A DNA stretch of 64,000 nt from Pseudomonadota bacterium (GCA_030625085.1 DAOURK010000006.1:4061-68060); one strand, 5' to 3'; counted from the first letter of the stretch, positions 45,156-55,247 are shown. The notes: generated by a model not told the origin, from the sequence alone. Translations and numbers: made by a program.

Positions 45156-45820
45156 TTATTGCAGAACAAAAAGAAATATCAGAAATTATCAATATGGTTG
45201 GCGATCACCGGAAAATTTTGGTGATTGGGTGTGATACCTGTGTTACAGTCTGTTTGTCCGGAGGCGCTAAGGAAGTGGCCATTTTGGCTTCGGCCCTGCG
45301 CTTGGCTTTCCGAGTGCAGGGTAAGCAGGTGGAGGTTAATGAAACCACCATTGAGAGGCAGTGCGAGATAGAATTTGTGGATTCTTTGGAATCTATGGCA
45401 AAGGACAAAGACCTTTTGATTTCAATGGGTTGCGGGATAGGCGTTCAGACCATAGCCGAGCGTTTTTTTCATTTACCGGTGGTGCCTGCCCTGAACACAA
45501 AATTTTTAGGTCTTCCGGAAAAACAGGGTGTCTGGGTTGAGCGATGTCAGGCCTGTGGCCAATGTGTACTAGATAAAACCGGCGGCATTTGTCCGATTTC
45601 TCGATGCTCAAAAAGTTTGCTCAATGGTCCCTGCGGGGGCTCACAAAACGGTAAGTGTGAAATTAATGATGAAATTGATTGTGCTTGGCACCTGATCTAC
45701 GAACGGTTGAAAGCCCTGAATAGACTTGAATGTTTGGAGGAGATCATGCCTGTAAAAGATTGGTCTACCAGCCGTGACGGCGGACCACGGAAAATGATCA
45801 GGGAGGACATGTGTCTATGA
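45152..45820 (+). CDS. metV: MetV paralogue (second copy)
   Basis: Paralogous to 40043-40705; the C-terminal Cys-rich half is conserved (CQACGQCVL...CGGSQNGKC). Confidence 0.7.
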   Translation: MIIAEQKEISEIINMVGDHRKILVIGCDTCVTVCLSGGAKEVAILASALRLAFRVQGKQVEVNETTIERQCEIEFVDSLESMAKDKDLLISMGCGIGVQTIAERFFHLPVVPALNTKFLGLPEKQGVWVERCQACGQCVLDKTGGICPISRCSKSLLNGPCGGSQNGKCEINDEIDCAWHLIYERLKALNRLECLEEIMPVKDWSTSRDGGPRKMIREDMCL

Positions 45821-46758
45821 AGGTAGGTAGCCGTCTGGAAACATTATTAACTCAAGGAGAATTTGTAGCTACCGCAGAGTTAGGACCGCCAAAGAGCGCT
45901 GATCTTGAATTAATCAAGAAAAAGGCCGCCATTTTACGGGGTTATGCAGATGCGGTGAATATTACCGATAATCAGACTGCCATTGTTAGGGTCTCCAGTA
46001 TTGCCGCAGGTAAAATTAGTTTAGATGAGGGATTGGAGCCGATTATCCAGATGACTTGCCGGGATAGAAACCGGTTGGCCATGCAGGCTGATATCCTTGG
46101 TGCCCATGTTTTTGGTCTCAAAAATTTATTATGCCTCAGTGGAGATCATCAAAGCTTCGGTAATCATCCCCAAGCGAAAAACGTTTATGATCTTGATTCG
46201 ATTCAATTGGCTCAGATGGTTAAGAACATGCGGGATGAAAAGGTATTTCAATGTGGTGATGAGATTAAGAATACGAAAAAATCCGAGGTCATAGAACCGC
46301 GGATGTTTGTGGGGGTAGCGGCCAACCCTTTTGCTGATCCCTTTGAATTTAGAGTGATTCGACTGGCCAAAAAAATTAAGGCTGGTGCGGATTTTGTTCA
46401 GACTCAATGCATTTTTGATCTTCCTAAATTTAAAGAGTGGATGAAGATGGTGGTTGATCGGGGTTTGCACGAGAAGGTTTATCTGTTAGCCGGGGTGATG
46501 CCCGTTAAATCCTATCGAGTGCTTCAATATATGAAAAAAAATGTGGCCGGTATGAGTATCCCCGATGAGCTGATTGACAGAATGAAGGGGGCGGAAGACC
46601 CCAAGGCCGAAGGAGTGAAAATTTGTATAGAGCTGATTCAGCAGGTACGTGAAATTGAAGGTATCCGTGGAGTTCATATTATGGCGGTAGAATGGGAGGC
46701 CATTGTACCTTCAATTGTTCAGGAGGCAGGGCTTTACCCAAGACCTCAGATTCAGTGA
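45811..46758 (+). CDS. metF: Methylenetetrahydrofolate reductase (second copy)
   Basis: MTCRDRNR...LSGDHQ motifs. Confidence 0.85.
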   Translation: MSMKVGSRLETLLTQGEFVATAELGPPKSADLELIKKKAAILRGYADAVNITDNQTAIVRVSSIAAGKISLDEGLEPIIQMTCRDRNRLAMQADILGAHVFGLKNLLCLSGDHQSFGNHPQAKNVYDLDSIQLAQMVKNMRDEKVFQCGDEIKNTKKSEVIEPRMFVGVAANPFADPFEFRVIRLAKKIKAGADFVQTQCIFDLPKFKEWMKMVVDRGLHEKVYLLAGVMPVKSYRVLQYMKKNVAGMSIPDELIDRMKGAEDPKAEGVKICIELIQQVREIEGIRGVHIMAVEWEAIVPSIVQEAGLYPRPQIQ

Positions 46759-46894
46759 TCAAACCCGTTTTTAGTGGTTAGTAATTTAGTAATCAGGTTA
46801 AGGTTTTTCTTCTTAGTAAATATTCAATGACCCTTTAGGTCACCATGAAAAAATGAAAAGAGAAAATTTACTGTAAGGAGGGTAGGTAATATCG

Positions 46895-47392
46895 GTGTCG
46901 GAAGAAAAGAAAAATTCCCCAATTAATGTATCAGAACTGGATTCAAAATTTAAATATGAGGTTTCCGAACAACCGGGGGGTGAAAATCTAACGTTATGTT
47001 TTTCTTGTGGTATTTGTACGGCCGGCTGTCCGGTAACCGAGGTGGAAGGCGAATACAATCCCCGAAAATTGATTCGAATGATTTTATTAGGCATGAAGGA
47101 AGAAGTGCTTTCTTCCAATTTGATTTGGTTGTGCTCGCTCTGTTATACCTGCTATGCCCGGTGTCCCCAGAACGTAAAATTTACTGATATCATGGGTGTT
47201 TTGCGTGATATGGCGGTACGGGAAAAGTATGTTGATTCTTCCTTTGTTAAAAATATTGATGAAATTGATCGCCTGTCGCAGCAAATTCGCCATCAAATGG
47301 TACGAGCCATCTTCCCTCAAAAAAAAGAAAACAAATCCATCGATCAGAAAGAATTAGTAAAGATGGCCCTCAAGAATTTGGATAAGGAGTAA
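46895..47392 (+). CDS. hdrC: HdrC-like 2x[4Fe-4S] ferredoxin subunit
   Basis: CFSCGICTAGCP and CSLCYTCYARCP separated by about 35 residues. Confidence 0.7.
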   Translation: MSEEKKNSPINVSELDSKFKYEVSEQPGGENLTLCFSCGICTAGCPVTEVEGEYNPRKLIRMILLGMKEEVLSSNLIWLCSLCYTCYARCPQNVKFTDIMGVLRDMAVREKYVDSSFVKNIDEIDRLSQQIRHQMVRAIFPQKKENKSIDQKELVKMALKNLDKE

Positions 47393-47399
47393 AGGAATT

Positions 47400-50300
47400 A
47401 TGGCGGAGACTGAAGGTCAAAAGAAAATTGGCGCGGTAATGGTTGTTGGCGGAGGTGTTGCCGGTGTCCAATCTGCCCTGGATCTGGCTGATTCCGGATA
47501 CAAGGTTTATATAGTCGAAAGAGGTTTGAGTATTGGCGGGGTTATGGCCCAGTTAGATAAGACCTTTCCGACCAACGACTGTTCCATGTGTATTTTAGCT
47601 CCTAAATTGGTGGATACGGGTCGCCATCAAAATATTGAAATAATAACCAACACTGAAATTCAAAGTGTCGAGGGAGAGGCAGGAAATTTCCGTGTTCAAC
47701 TCCTCAAGCATCCGCGTTTCATTGATGAGACTAAGTGTAATGGGTGCGGTGATTGTGAAAAGGAGTGTCCGGTAGAGGTCCCCAATGAATTTGAACAGGG
47801 ACTGAGCATGCGCAAAGCCATTTATAAGCCCTTTGCCCAGGCCATCCCCAATAAATATTCGATTGACAAACGAGGTAAATCTCCCTGTAAAATTGCTTGC
47901 CCTTTGGGGCAGAACGCCCAAGGCTATATTGCTTTAATCAAGGAGAAAAAATATGCTGAGGCGTATAATCTGATCAAAAGAGATAATCCGATCCCCCTTG
48001 TTTGTGGAAGGATTTGCGCTCATCCTTGTGAAGAGGTTTGCAAAAGGGGAGAGGTTGACGAACCAATGTCTATTGCCGCCCTGAAACGCTTTATCGCTGA
48101 TTATGCCTATAAGCATGATTTTCATGTTGATCTGGAGGTGGCCGAAAAGCGGGAAGAGCGCGTAGCTATCATTGGTTCCGGACCGGCGGGATTAGTAGCT
48201 GCTCATGATCTGGCCCTGAAAGGCTACCAAGTAACCATATATGAAGCCCTGCCGGTAGCGGGAGGCATGTTGGCTGTTGGCATTCCTGATTATCGACTCC
48301 CGCACAATCTCTTACAGTATAAGATTGATCTTATCAAGTCCCTGGGAGTTGAGATTAAATTGAATACTCCCATTGATCCTCATTTTACCTGTGAAGATCT
48401 GAAGGCTGAAGGGTATAAGGCTATTTTACTGGCTACCGGGGCCCATAAGAGTATTAAATTAGGTATTGCCGGCGAGGGTTCAAAGGGGGTTATTCATTGC
48501 ACGGATTTTTTGCGAGAGGTAAATCTTGGCAAGAAGGTAGAGGTTGGAAAACGGGTAGCCGTTATCGGTGGTGGAAATACAGCCGTTGATGCGGCTAGAG
48601 TGGCTTTTCGGCTGGGCGCTGAAGAAATACATATCGTTTATCGTCGGACTCGTCTTGAGATGCCCGCTTTAGAGGATGAAATTGAAGAGGCCGAATTTGA
48701 GGGAGTTAAGATTTTATTTTTAACAGCCCCTGTACAGATTTTGGCTGAAAATGGGCGGGTGGCCGGATTGAAATGCGTGCGTATGGAGTTGGGCGAGCCG
48801 GATGATCGTGGCCGGCGAAGACCCATACCTATTGCCGATTCGGAATTTATCATCCCTATAGATACTGTTATCCCATCAGTGAGTCAGGCACCGGATCTTT
48901 CTTTTTTGCCCGGGGATACGGATTTAAAAATTGGGGCCCATGATACCCTTGACGTTGATCCAATTACCGGGGCCACCAACCAGGAAGGAATTTTTGCCTC
49001 CGGCGAAGTGGTGACCGGTCCGTGGATTGCTGTTCAGGCTATGATTTCCGGTCGAGAAGCCGCCATTTCCATTGATCGGTATCTCAACGATCAGGATATG
49101 CGAAAGGGAAGAGATACGAAAAAAGTTTTTGAAAAGGCGGAACCTCATAAAGAGCGATGGAATGTTGAAATTAAGCCGCGTGTCAGAATGCCGAGGCTTT
49201 CCTTGGAAGAGCGGAAGGGAAATTTTAAGGAAGTAGATTTAGGTTTAACTGAGGAAATGGCCTTAGAAGAAGCCAGACGATGTTTGAATTGTGGTATTTG
49301 CTCGGAATGTATGGAATGTGTAACTACCTGTAAGGCGGAAGCCATTAATCATGATATGAAAGAGCAAACCTTGGAGTTGGAAGTGGGTAGTGTTATTCTG
49401 GCTCCGGGGTATGAAGAATTTGATGCCAAGTTAAAGACCAATTTTGGCTATGGCCGATACCCCGATGTGGTTTCCAGTATTGAGTTTGAGCGTATCTTGA
49501 GCGCCTCCGGTCCCTTCAAAGGGCACATTATCCGTCCCTCGAATCATCAGGAACCCAAGAAAATTGCTTTTATTCAATGCGTTGGCTCCAGGGACACCTC
49601 CTGCGGTAATGATTATTGCTCTTCTGTATGCTGTATGTATTCCATCAAAGAAGCGGTGATTGCCAAGGAACATCTACGTTCCATTGAGCCCACCATCTTT
49701 TATAATGATATGCGGGCCTATGGGAAGGATTTTGATAAGTATGTAAATCGGGCGGAAAAGCAATATGGGGTGCGTTTTATTAAATCTCTTGTCTCCGAAG
49801 TAGAACAAGACCATGACAGCCAGGCCTTAGGTTTAAAATATCTTCAGGAAGATGGGCAATTGATCAGTGAACAATTTGATCTGGTCATTTTAGCTGTCGG
49901 GTTTGAGCCACCTAAAGATGTCCAGGAAATGGCCAAAAGATTACATGTTGATTTAAACAGATATGGTTTTTGCCGGACAGAGACCATGTCACCCTTAAGG
50001 ACTTCTCGAGCAGGTATATATGCGTGCGGGGCTTTTGTCAGCCCTAAGGACATTCCGGAAACTGTTATGCAGGCCAGCGGGGCAGCCAGCGAAGCCTCAG
50101 CTTTGTTGTCTTCGGCCCGAAATACGCTGATTACAGAAAGGACCTATCCGCCGGAAAGAGATGTCTCCGGGGATACTCCTCGGATCGGCGTTTTTGTTTG
50201 CCATTGCGGCATCAACATAGGCGGCTTTGTGAATGTTCCCGAGGTTAAAGATTATGCCTTAACGCTTCCTTTTGTAAAGTATGCTGCTGAGAATCTGTAT

Positions 50301-51839
50301 ACATGTTCTGAAGATACCCAGCAGAAAATGGTGGAGGTCATCAAGGAACATAATTTAAACCGGGTGATTGTTGCCTCCTGTTCTCCCAGGACCCATGAGC
50401 CCCTTTTTCAGGAGACCATTCGTGAAGCGGGTCTTAATCCCTATCTTTTTGAGATGGCCAATATTAGAGATCAATGTTCCTGGGTGCATATGTTTGAAAA
50501 GGAAAAGGCCACGGAAAAGGCCAAGGACCTGGTTCGGATGGCTGTGTATAAAGCGGCCCTGATCGAGCCGCTCCAACGGCTTTCTTTGCCGGTAAATCCG
50601 GCCGGTTTGGTTATTGGGGGAGGCGTAGCCGGCATGATGAGCGCCTTATCCTTAGCTGAACAGGGATTCGATGTCCATCTGGTAGAGAAAGAGTCGCTCC
50701 TTGGTGGGGTGGCCAGAAAGATTTATTATACTCCCGGGGAAAGGGATTTCCCCTCTATCTTGAAATGGATGATTAATCGAATTCAACAACATCCCTTAAT
50801 TCATCTTTATCTGGATTCCGAGGTGGTTGAGGTCTCGGGATTTGTTGGTACTTTTGCCTCGATTATTCGCTCTAAAAAGCGGGAAATTCCCATTGAACAT
50901 GGGGCGATTATAGTAGCTACCGGTGGAGAGGAATCTGTCCCCCAGGAATATTTATATGGACAAAACCCAAAAGTGGTTACTGCACATGATTTAGAATATT
51001 TGATTGCCAAAGAAGATCCCGAGCTTATGAATGCTCAAAACGTGGTTATGATTCAATGCGTCGGTTCTCGGGAAGAAGGGCGGATGTATTGTAGTCGAGT
51101 GTGCTGTATCCAAAGCATAAAGAACGCCCTGCGCTTAAAAGAGATAAATCCTTTGGTTAACATTTATATCCTTTATAGAGATATTCGTACCTATGGATTT
51201 TGGGAAGAATACTATCAGCAGGCCCGTTCAAAGGGAGTTGTTTTTATTCGCTATGATCTAGAGGAAAAGCCCCTTGTCTCCAGCAATGGGTCCGGCACGA
51301 TAGTTATTCAAACGAAAGACCCGATTTTGAATCAACAGGTACTTTTGTCGGCTGATTTTTTGACCTTGGCGCCGGCTATTTTGGCCCCGGAAAGCAATAA
51401 AGATCTGGCCCGGATGTTAAAGGTGCCGGTCAATGAAGATAGATTTTTCCTAGAGGCTCACATGAAATTGCGGCCTGTGGATTTTGCCACTGATGGTATT
51501 TTCGTTTGTGGTCTAGCCCATGCCCCAAAATCGATAGATGAAAGCATTGCTCAGGCTAAGGCAGCCGCAGCCAGGGCCTCTCAAGTTTTAAGTAAGTCTG
51601 CCATTCAGACCCAGGGGCAGACGGCTAAGGTTGATAAAAACCGGTGTGCAGGATGTGGTATTTGTGAGCTGGTTTGTGCCTATAAGGCCATTGAATTGGA
51701 CCTTGAAGAAAAATGCGCCAAGGTAAACGAGGCCCTTTGTAAAGGATGCGGGGCCTGTGCCGCTACCTGTCGTTCAGGGGCGTTAGATGTCAAAGGATTT
51801 ACGAACCAACAGATATTTGAGATGATGGAGGCCTTATGA
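47400..51839 (+). CDS. hdrA: Giant HdrA-family fusion flavoprotein (HdrA FAD/Fd segment, inserted GltD/NfnB-like NAD(P)H-FAD-2x[4Fe-4S] module, rest of HdrA, then a second complete HdrA unit)
   Basis: 1479 aa with three GxGxxG Rossmann motifs (GGGVAG, GSGPAG, GGGVAG), GltD-like CGRICAHPCEEVC, two copies of the IQCVGSR...YCSxVCC inserted-ferredoxin motif, an internal RIGVFVCHCGINI...ASCSPR HdrA N-domain, and C-terminal CAGCGICELVC / CKGCGACAATC. Confidence 0.75.
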   Translation: MAETEGQKKIGAVMVVGGGVAGVQSALDLADSGYKVYIVERGLSIGGVMAQLDKTFPTNDCSMCILAPKLVDTGRHQNIEIITNTEIQSVEGEAGNFRVQLLKHPRFIDETKCNGCGDCEKECPVEVPNEFEQGLSMRKAIYKPFAQAIPNKYSIDKRGKSPCKIACPLGQNAQGYIALIKEKKYAEAYNLIKRDNPIPLVCGRICAHPCEEVCKRGEVDEPMSIAALKRFIADYAYKHDFHVDLEVAEKREERVAIIGSGPAGLVAAHDLALKGYQVTIYEALPVAGGMLAVGIPDYRLPHNLLQYKIDLIKSLGVEIKLNTPIDPHFTCEDLKAEGYKAILLATGAHKSIKLGIAGEGSKGVIHCTDFLREVNLGKKVEVGKRVAVIGGGNTAVDAARVAFRLGAEEIHIVYRRTRLEMPALEDEIEEAEFEGVKILFLTAPVQILAENGRVAGLKCVRMELGEPDDRGRRRPIPIADSEFIIPIDTVIPSVSQAPDLSFLPGDTDLKIGAHDTLDVDPITGATNQEGIFASGEVVTGPWIAVQAMISGREAAISIDRYLNDQDMRKGRDTKKVFEKAEPHKERWNVEIKPRVRMPRLSLEERKGNFKEVDLGLTEEMALEEARRCLNCGICSECMECVTTCKAEAINHDMKEQTLELEVGSVILAPGYEEFDAKLKTNFGYGRYPDVVSSIEFERILSASGPFKGHIIRPSNHQEPKKIAFIQCVGSRDTSCGNDYCSSVCCMYSIKEAVIAKEHLRSIEPTIFYNDMRAYGKDFDKYVNRAEKQYGVRFIKSLVSEVEQDHDSQALGLKYLQEDGQLISEQFDLVILAVGFEPPKDVQEMAKRLHVDLNRYGFCRTETMSPLRTSRAGIYACGAFVSPKDIPETVMQASGAASEASALLSSARNTLITERTYPPERDVSGDTPRIGVFVCHCGINIGGFVNVPEVKDYALTLPFVKYAAENLYTCSEDTQQKMVEVIKEHNLNRVIVASCSPRTHEPLFQETIREAGLNPYLFEMANIRDQCSWVHMFEKEKATEKAKDLVRMAVYKAALIEPLQRLSLPVNPAGLVIGGGVAGMMSALSLAEQGFDVHLVEKESLLGGVARKIYYTPGERDFPSILKWMINRIQQHPLIHLYLDSEVVEVSGFVGTFASIIRSKKREIPIEHGAIIVATGGEESVPQEYLYGQNPKVVTAHDLEYLIAKEDPELMNAQNVVMIQCVGSREEGRMYCSRVCCIQSIKNALRLKEINPLVNIYILYRDIRTYGFWEEYYQQARSKGVVFIRYDLEEKPLVSSNGSGTIVIQTKDPILNQQVLLSADFLTLAPAILAPESNKDLARMLKVPVNEDRFFLEAHMKLRPVDFATDGIFVCGLAHAPKSIDESIAQAKAAAARASQVLSKSAIQTQGQTAKVDKNRCAGCGICELVCAYKAIELDLEEKCAKVNEALCKGCGACAATCRSGALDVKGFTNQQIFEMMEAL

Positions 51840-52324
51840 GTGTAGAGAAAAAAAAGAGTCAACAGCAATCCTGGGAACCGAAAATTGTGGCCTTCCTTTG
51901 TAATTGGTGCAGCTATGCGGGAGCTGACCTGGCCGGCATTAGTAGAATTCAATATCCTCCTAATGTCCGTGTTATTCGGGTCCCGTGCTCCGGCAGGATC
52001 AATCCGGTTTTTATTTTGAAGGCATTGCAGAGTGGAACTGACGCTGTTTTAGTATCAGGCTGTCATCCGGGAGATTGTCATTACGTAAGCGGCAATTATT
52101 ATGCTCGAAGAAAATTTGAGATTTTTGACCATTTGCTGGATTTTGTGGGGTTGGAAAAGGGAAGGGTCTTTTTTTCCTGGGTTTCGGCTGCAGAGGGAGA
52201 AAATTTCGGCCATTTAATTAAGCATGTTGTGGATGAGGTAAAGAAACTGGGACCTGCTCATAAATTAGTGAAAACCATTGAAGGGCCAGTAGCCAATTGT
52301 CAGCAAACAATGGTCGAAGGGTAA
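51836..52324 (+). CDS. mvhD: MvhD-like / FlxD-like protein
   Basis: IVAFLCNWCSYAG...VPCSG...CHPGDC motifs. ATGA start/stop overlap with the upstream gene. Confidence 0.8.
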   Translation: MSVEKKKSQQQSWEPKIVAFLCNWCSYAGADLAGISRIQYPPNVRVIRVPCSGRINPVFILKALQSGTDAVLVSGCHPGDCHYVSGNYYARRKFEIFDHLLDFVGLEKGRVFFSWVSAAEGENFGHLIKHVVDEVKKLGPAHKLVKTIEGPVANCQQTMVEG

Positions 52325-52377
52325 GTAAATAATCTGAAAGCCAATTTTAAAATTGATAAATCATTATGGAGTAAATT

Positions 52378-53337
52378 ATGTGGTCAAAGGAAATAACTCA
52401 GAAGATCCGAGCCACTGCGGAATCTTTGCTACTCGAAGGAAAGGTTGACCTCATTATCGGCTATGAGGCAGGCAGCACTCCTTTACGAACAGCTCCTTCT
52501 TTTGTGCGATCAGCGGAGCAGGCTTCTTTGTTGGTTTGGAACCCTTTTTGTGAGAATAACCTCAGTGTTTATTTAGAAGGGAGAAAAGAGAAGGTAGGTC
52601 TGATGGCTAAAGGCTGTGATGCCAGAGCCGCAGTGGTTGCTTTACAGGAAAAACGTATTGATCGAGACCGATTGCTAATTATTGGTCTTCCGTGCTCCGG
52701 AGTTGTTGATCGACAAAAATTAGCCGCCTCGGTAAATATTGATGCTGTTAAGGCTTTTTCGGTTGATAAGGATTCACTCGTGCTTCAGACAGAAGAAGAA
52801 GTACGGCTACCTTTAGAGGATGTTTTGCATGCTTCCTGTAAGACTTGTTCGCGAAGAAACGCTCCGGTGTCGGATATTTTTATTGGTGAAAAAAGCTCTG
52901 AGCCTCAGGTCAAGGACGAGTTTGCAGAGGTAAAATCTTTCGAGGGTTTGGGCACTCAGGAGCGGTGGCGCTATTTTCGTGAATTGGCCCAAAAATGTAT
53001 TCGCTGTTACGCTTGCCGAAATGCCTGTCCTTTATGTTATTGTCAGGAATGTATTGTTGACCAGACACAACCACAGTGGTTCGGGAAGACTGCTGCTGAA
53101 GAAGATACATTAATTTATCATATTATACGTGCTTACCATTGTGCGGGAAGGTGTATTGATTGCGGTGCCTGCTCTAGGGCCTGTCCTATGGGTATTGATT
53201 TAAGACTTTTAAACAAAAAACTTCAAAAGGACGTGCAGGAGCTTTATCACTATATTCCCGGATTAAATCCGGATGAAGCGCCAGCCTTTGGTACGTTTAA
53301 GCTTGATGATCCGCAGGATTGTATCACGGAAAAATAA
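52378..53337 (+). CDS. Iron-sulfur oxidoreductase subunit (HydB/AsrA-like; FlxC-like)
   Basis: AKGCDARAA motif and a C-terminal 2x[4Fe-4S] (CIRCYACRNACP...CIDCGACSRACP). Confidence 0.55.
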   Translation: MWSKEITQKIRATAESLLLEGKVDLIIGYEAGSTPLRTAPSFVRSAEQASLLVWNPFCENNLSVYLEGRKEKVGLMAKGCDARAAVVALQEKRIDRDRLLIIGLPCSGVVDRQKLAASVNIDAVKAFSVDKDSLVLQTEEEVRLPLEDVLHASCKTCSRRNAPVSDIFIGEKSSEPQVKDEFAEVKSFEGLGTQERWRYFRELAQKCIRCYACRNACPLCYCQECIVDQTQPQWFGKTAAEEDTLIYHIIRAYHCAGRCIDCGACSRACPMGIDLRLLNKKLQKDVQELYHYIPGLNPDEAPAFGTFKLDDPQDCITEK

Positions 53338-53385
53338 AGAATAATAGGGATTTGAAGAAGGAATCATAAGAATAGGAATTAACAA

Positions 53386-54396
53386 ATGGATACAGGGATT
53401 ATAAAGAAGGAAAATATCAAAGGTGTTATCGAGAGCTTGATGCAAATGGGAAAGGTGGTGGCCCCGACTCGGCAAGATGATATGACTGTGTTTTCGGCTT
53501 TACCCTCCAGTGAGGCCTTAGATCTTAATTATACCAATAGCAAATTAAGCCCTAAGGATTATTTTTTTCCTCAAACCGAGGTGCTTTTTTGTTACGAAAA
53601 AGAAAATAATCAAATTCATCCACCGCTCATTGAAGACAAGCCCGCTTGCCTGGTGGGAGTTCGTCCCTGCGATGCTAAGGCTATAACTTTATTGGATTGT
53701 ATTTTCAATGATCCGCAGTATAAGGATGTCTATTATCTCAACAAGCGCAAAAACACTGTGGTGATTGGTCTTGCCTGTACGAATCCCCAAAGCACCTGTT
53801 TTTGTACCTCCACGGGAGGAGGCCCATTGGATACTACCGGTATGGATATGCTTTGGCAAGATCTTGGTGATAGATATCTGATCAAAGCAGTAACTCCTCA
53901 GGGAAAAGAATTGGCCTCTAAGCTTTTCGGTATTGATAAGGCACCGGAAAAGGACCTTTCTTACGCCAAGAAGCAGGGCGAGAAGGTCCTGTCGATGATT
54001 CCACCGGCCTTTGAGGCAGAAAAGATTTCTGAGAAATTACGTTCCTCATTTGAGGATTCTGTCTGGGAAACAATTCATGAAAAATGTTTAGGGTGCGCGG
54101 CCTGTACCTTTGTTTGCCCTACTTGTCATTGCTTCGATATACAGGATGAAAACAGCCGGGACCGGGGGAGACGAGTGAAGTTGTGGGACTCTTGTATGTT
54201 TCCCCTCTTTACACTTCATACATCAGGACATAATCCCAGGTTATCGGGTAAAGAACGTATGCGGCAAAGAATTATGCACAAATTTAATTATTTTAAGGTT
54301 AATAACGGACACGTTGCCTGTGTCGGCTGCGGAAGATGTATCAGGGAATGTCCGGTCAATATGGATATTAGACAGATAGTATCGGCGTTTAGTTGA
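53386..54396 (+). CDS. Iron-sulfur oxidoreductase subunit (sulfhydrogenase beta / AsrA-like; FlxB-like)
   Basis: VGVRPCDAKA motif, CLGCAACTFVCPTCHC and CVGCGRCIRECP clusters. Confidence 0.6.
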   Translation: MDTGIIKKENIKGVIESLMQMGKVVAPTRQDDMTVFSALPSSEALDLNYTNSKLSPKDYFFPQTEVLFCYEKENNQIHPPLIEDKPACLVGVRPCDAKAITLLDCIFNDPQYKDVYYLNKRKNTVVIGLACTNPQSTCFCTSTGGGPLDTTGMDMLWQDLGDRYLIKAVTPQGKELASKLFGIDKAPEKDLSYAKKQGEKVLSMIPPAFEAEKISEKLRSSFEDSVWETIHEKCLGCAACTFVCPTCHCFDIQDENSRDRGRRVKLWDSCMFPLFTLHTSGHNPRLSGKERMRQRIMHKFNYFKVNNGHVACVGCGRCIRECPVNMDIRQIVSAFS

Positions 54397-54407
54397 GGAA
54401 AGAGAAA

Positions 54408-55247
54408 ATGGAGAATCCCTATTTACCAAAAAATGTAAAGATAGAAAAAATTATTGATGAGACAGCGGGAAAGGATATTAAAAGTTTTGTCTTATCCTTT
54501 CTGAATCCTCAAGATTGCGAAGCTTTTTCGTATCATCCAGGTCAGTTTGCCGAAATTTCCATTGCCGGGGCCGGAGAAATTCCTATTGGTATTGCTTCAT
54601 CTCCTTCCGAGGGAGTAGAAGTGAAATTTACGGTAAAAAAAATGGGGGTGGTAACGAAAGACCTTCATAATTCTTCCGCCGGGCGGATTATTGGTTTGCG
54701 AGGACCTTACGGAAATGGTTTTCCCATGGAAGAGCTAAAGGGTAAAAATATTGTCATTGTAGGGGGAGGGTTTGCTTTTACTACCTTGCGATCTTTGGCT
54801 GTGTATTTGATGGATGATTCCCGCAGGAAGGATTACGGGGATATTACTATTATCTGTGGGGCCAGGACCCCGGGTGATCTTATTTATCGTCAAGAAGTGG
54901 AAACTTGGGCTTCCCAGCCTGATTTAAAGGTCCAGGTGACCGTTGATAAGGGAAATGCGGATTGGAGTGGGAGAGAGGGTTTTATTCCGCCTGTGGTCAA
55001 GGAAGTGGCTCCTTCTGCGGATAATGCCATAGCCTTGGTTTGCGGCCCTCCGATAATGATTAAACTTACCATTCCTATTCTTTTTGATCTGGGCTTTGCG
55101 CCCAACAAAATTTTGAATTCACTAGAGATGAGAATGAAATGTGGATTTGGTAAATGTGGCCGCTGTAACATCGGAAATAAATATGTTTGCAAAGATGGGC
55201 CGGTTTTTACCTTTGAGGAACTACAAAAACTCCCTCAAGAATATTAA
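54408..55247 (+). CDS. FAD/NAD(P)-binding oxidoreductase with C-terminal [2Fe-2S] (HydG/AsrB/PyrK-like; FlxA-like)
   Basis: Ferredoxin-NADP reductase-type fold motifs and C-terminal CGFGKCGRC. An alternative TTG start at 54393 overlaps the upstream stop. Confidence 0.65.
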   Translation: MENPYLPKNVKIEKIIDETAGKDIKSFVLSFLNPQDCEAFSYHPGQFAEISIAGAGEIPIGIASSPSEGVEVKFTVKKMGVVTKDLHNSSAGRIIGLRGPYGNGFPMEELKGKNIVIVGGGFAFTTLRSLAVYLMDDSRRKDYGDITIICGARTPGDLIYRQEVETWASQPDLKVQVTVDKGNADWSGREGFIPPVVKEVAPSADNAIALVCGPPIMIKLTIPILFDLGFAPNKILNSLEMRMKCGFGKCGRCNIGNKYVCKDGPVFTFEELQKLPQEY

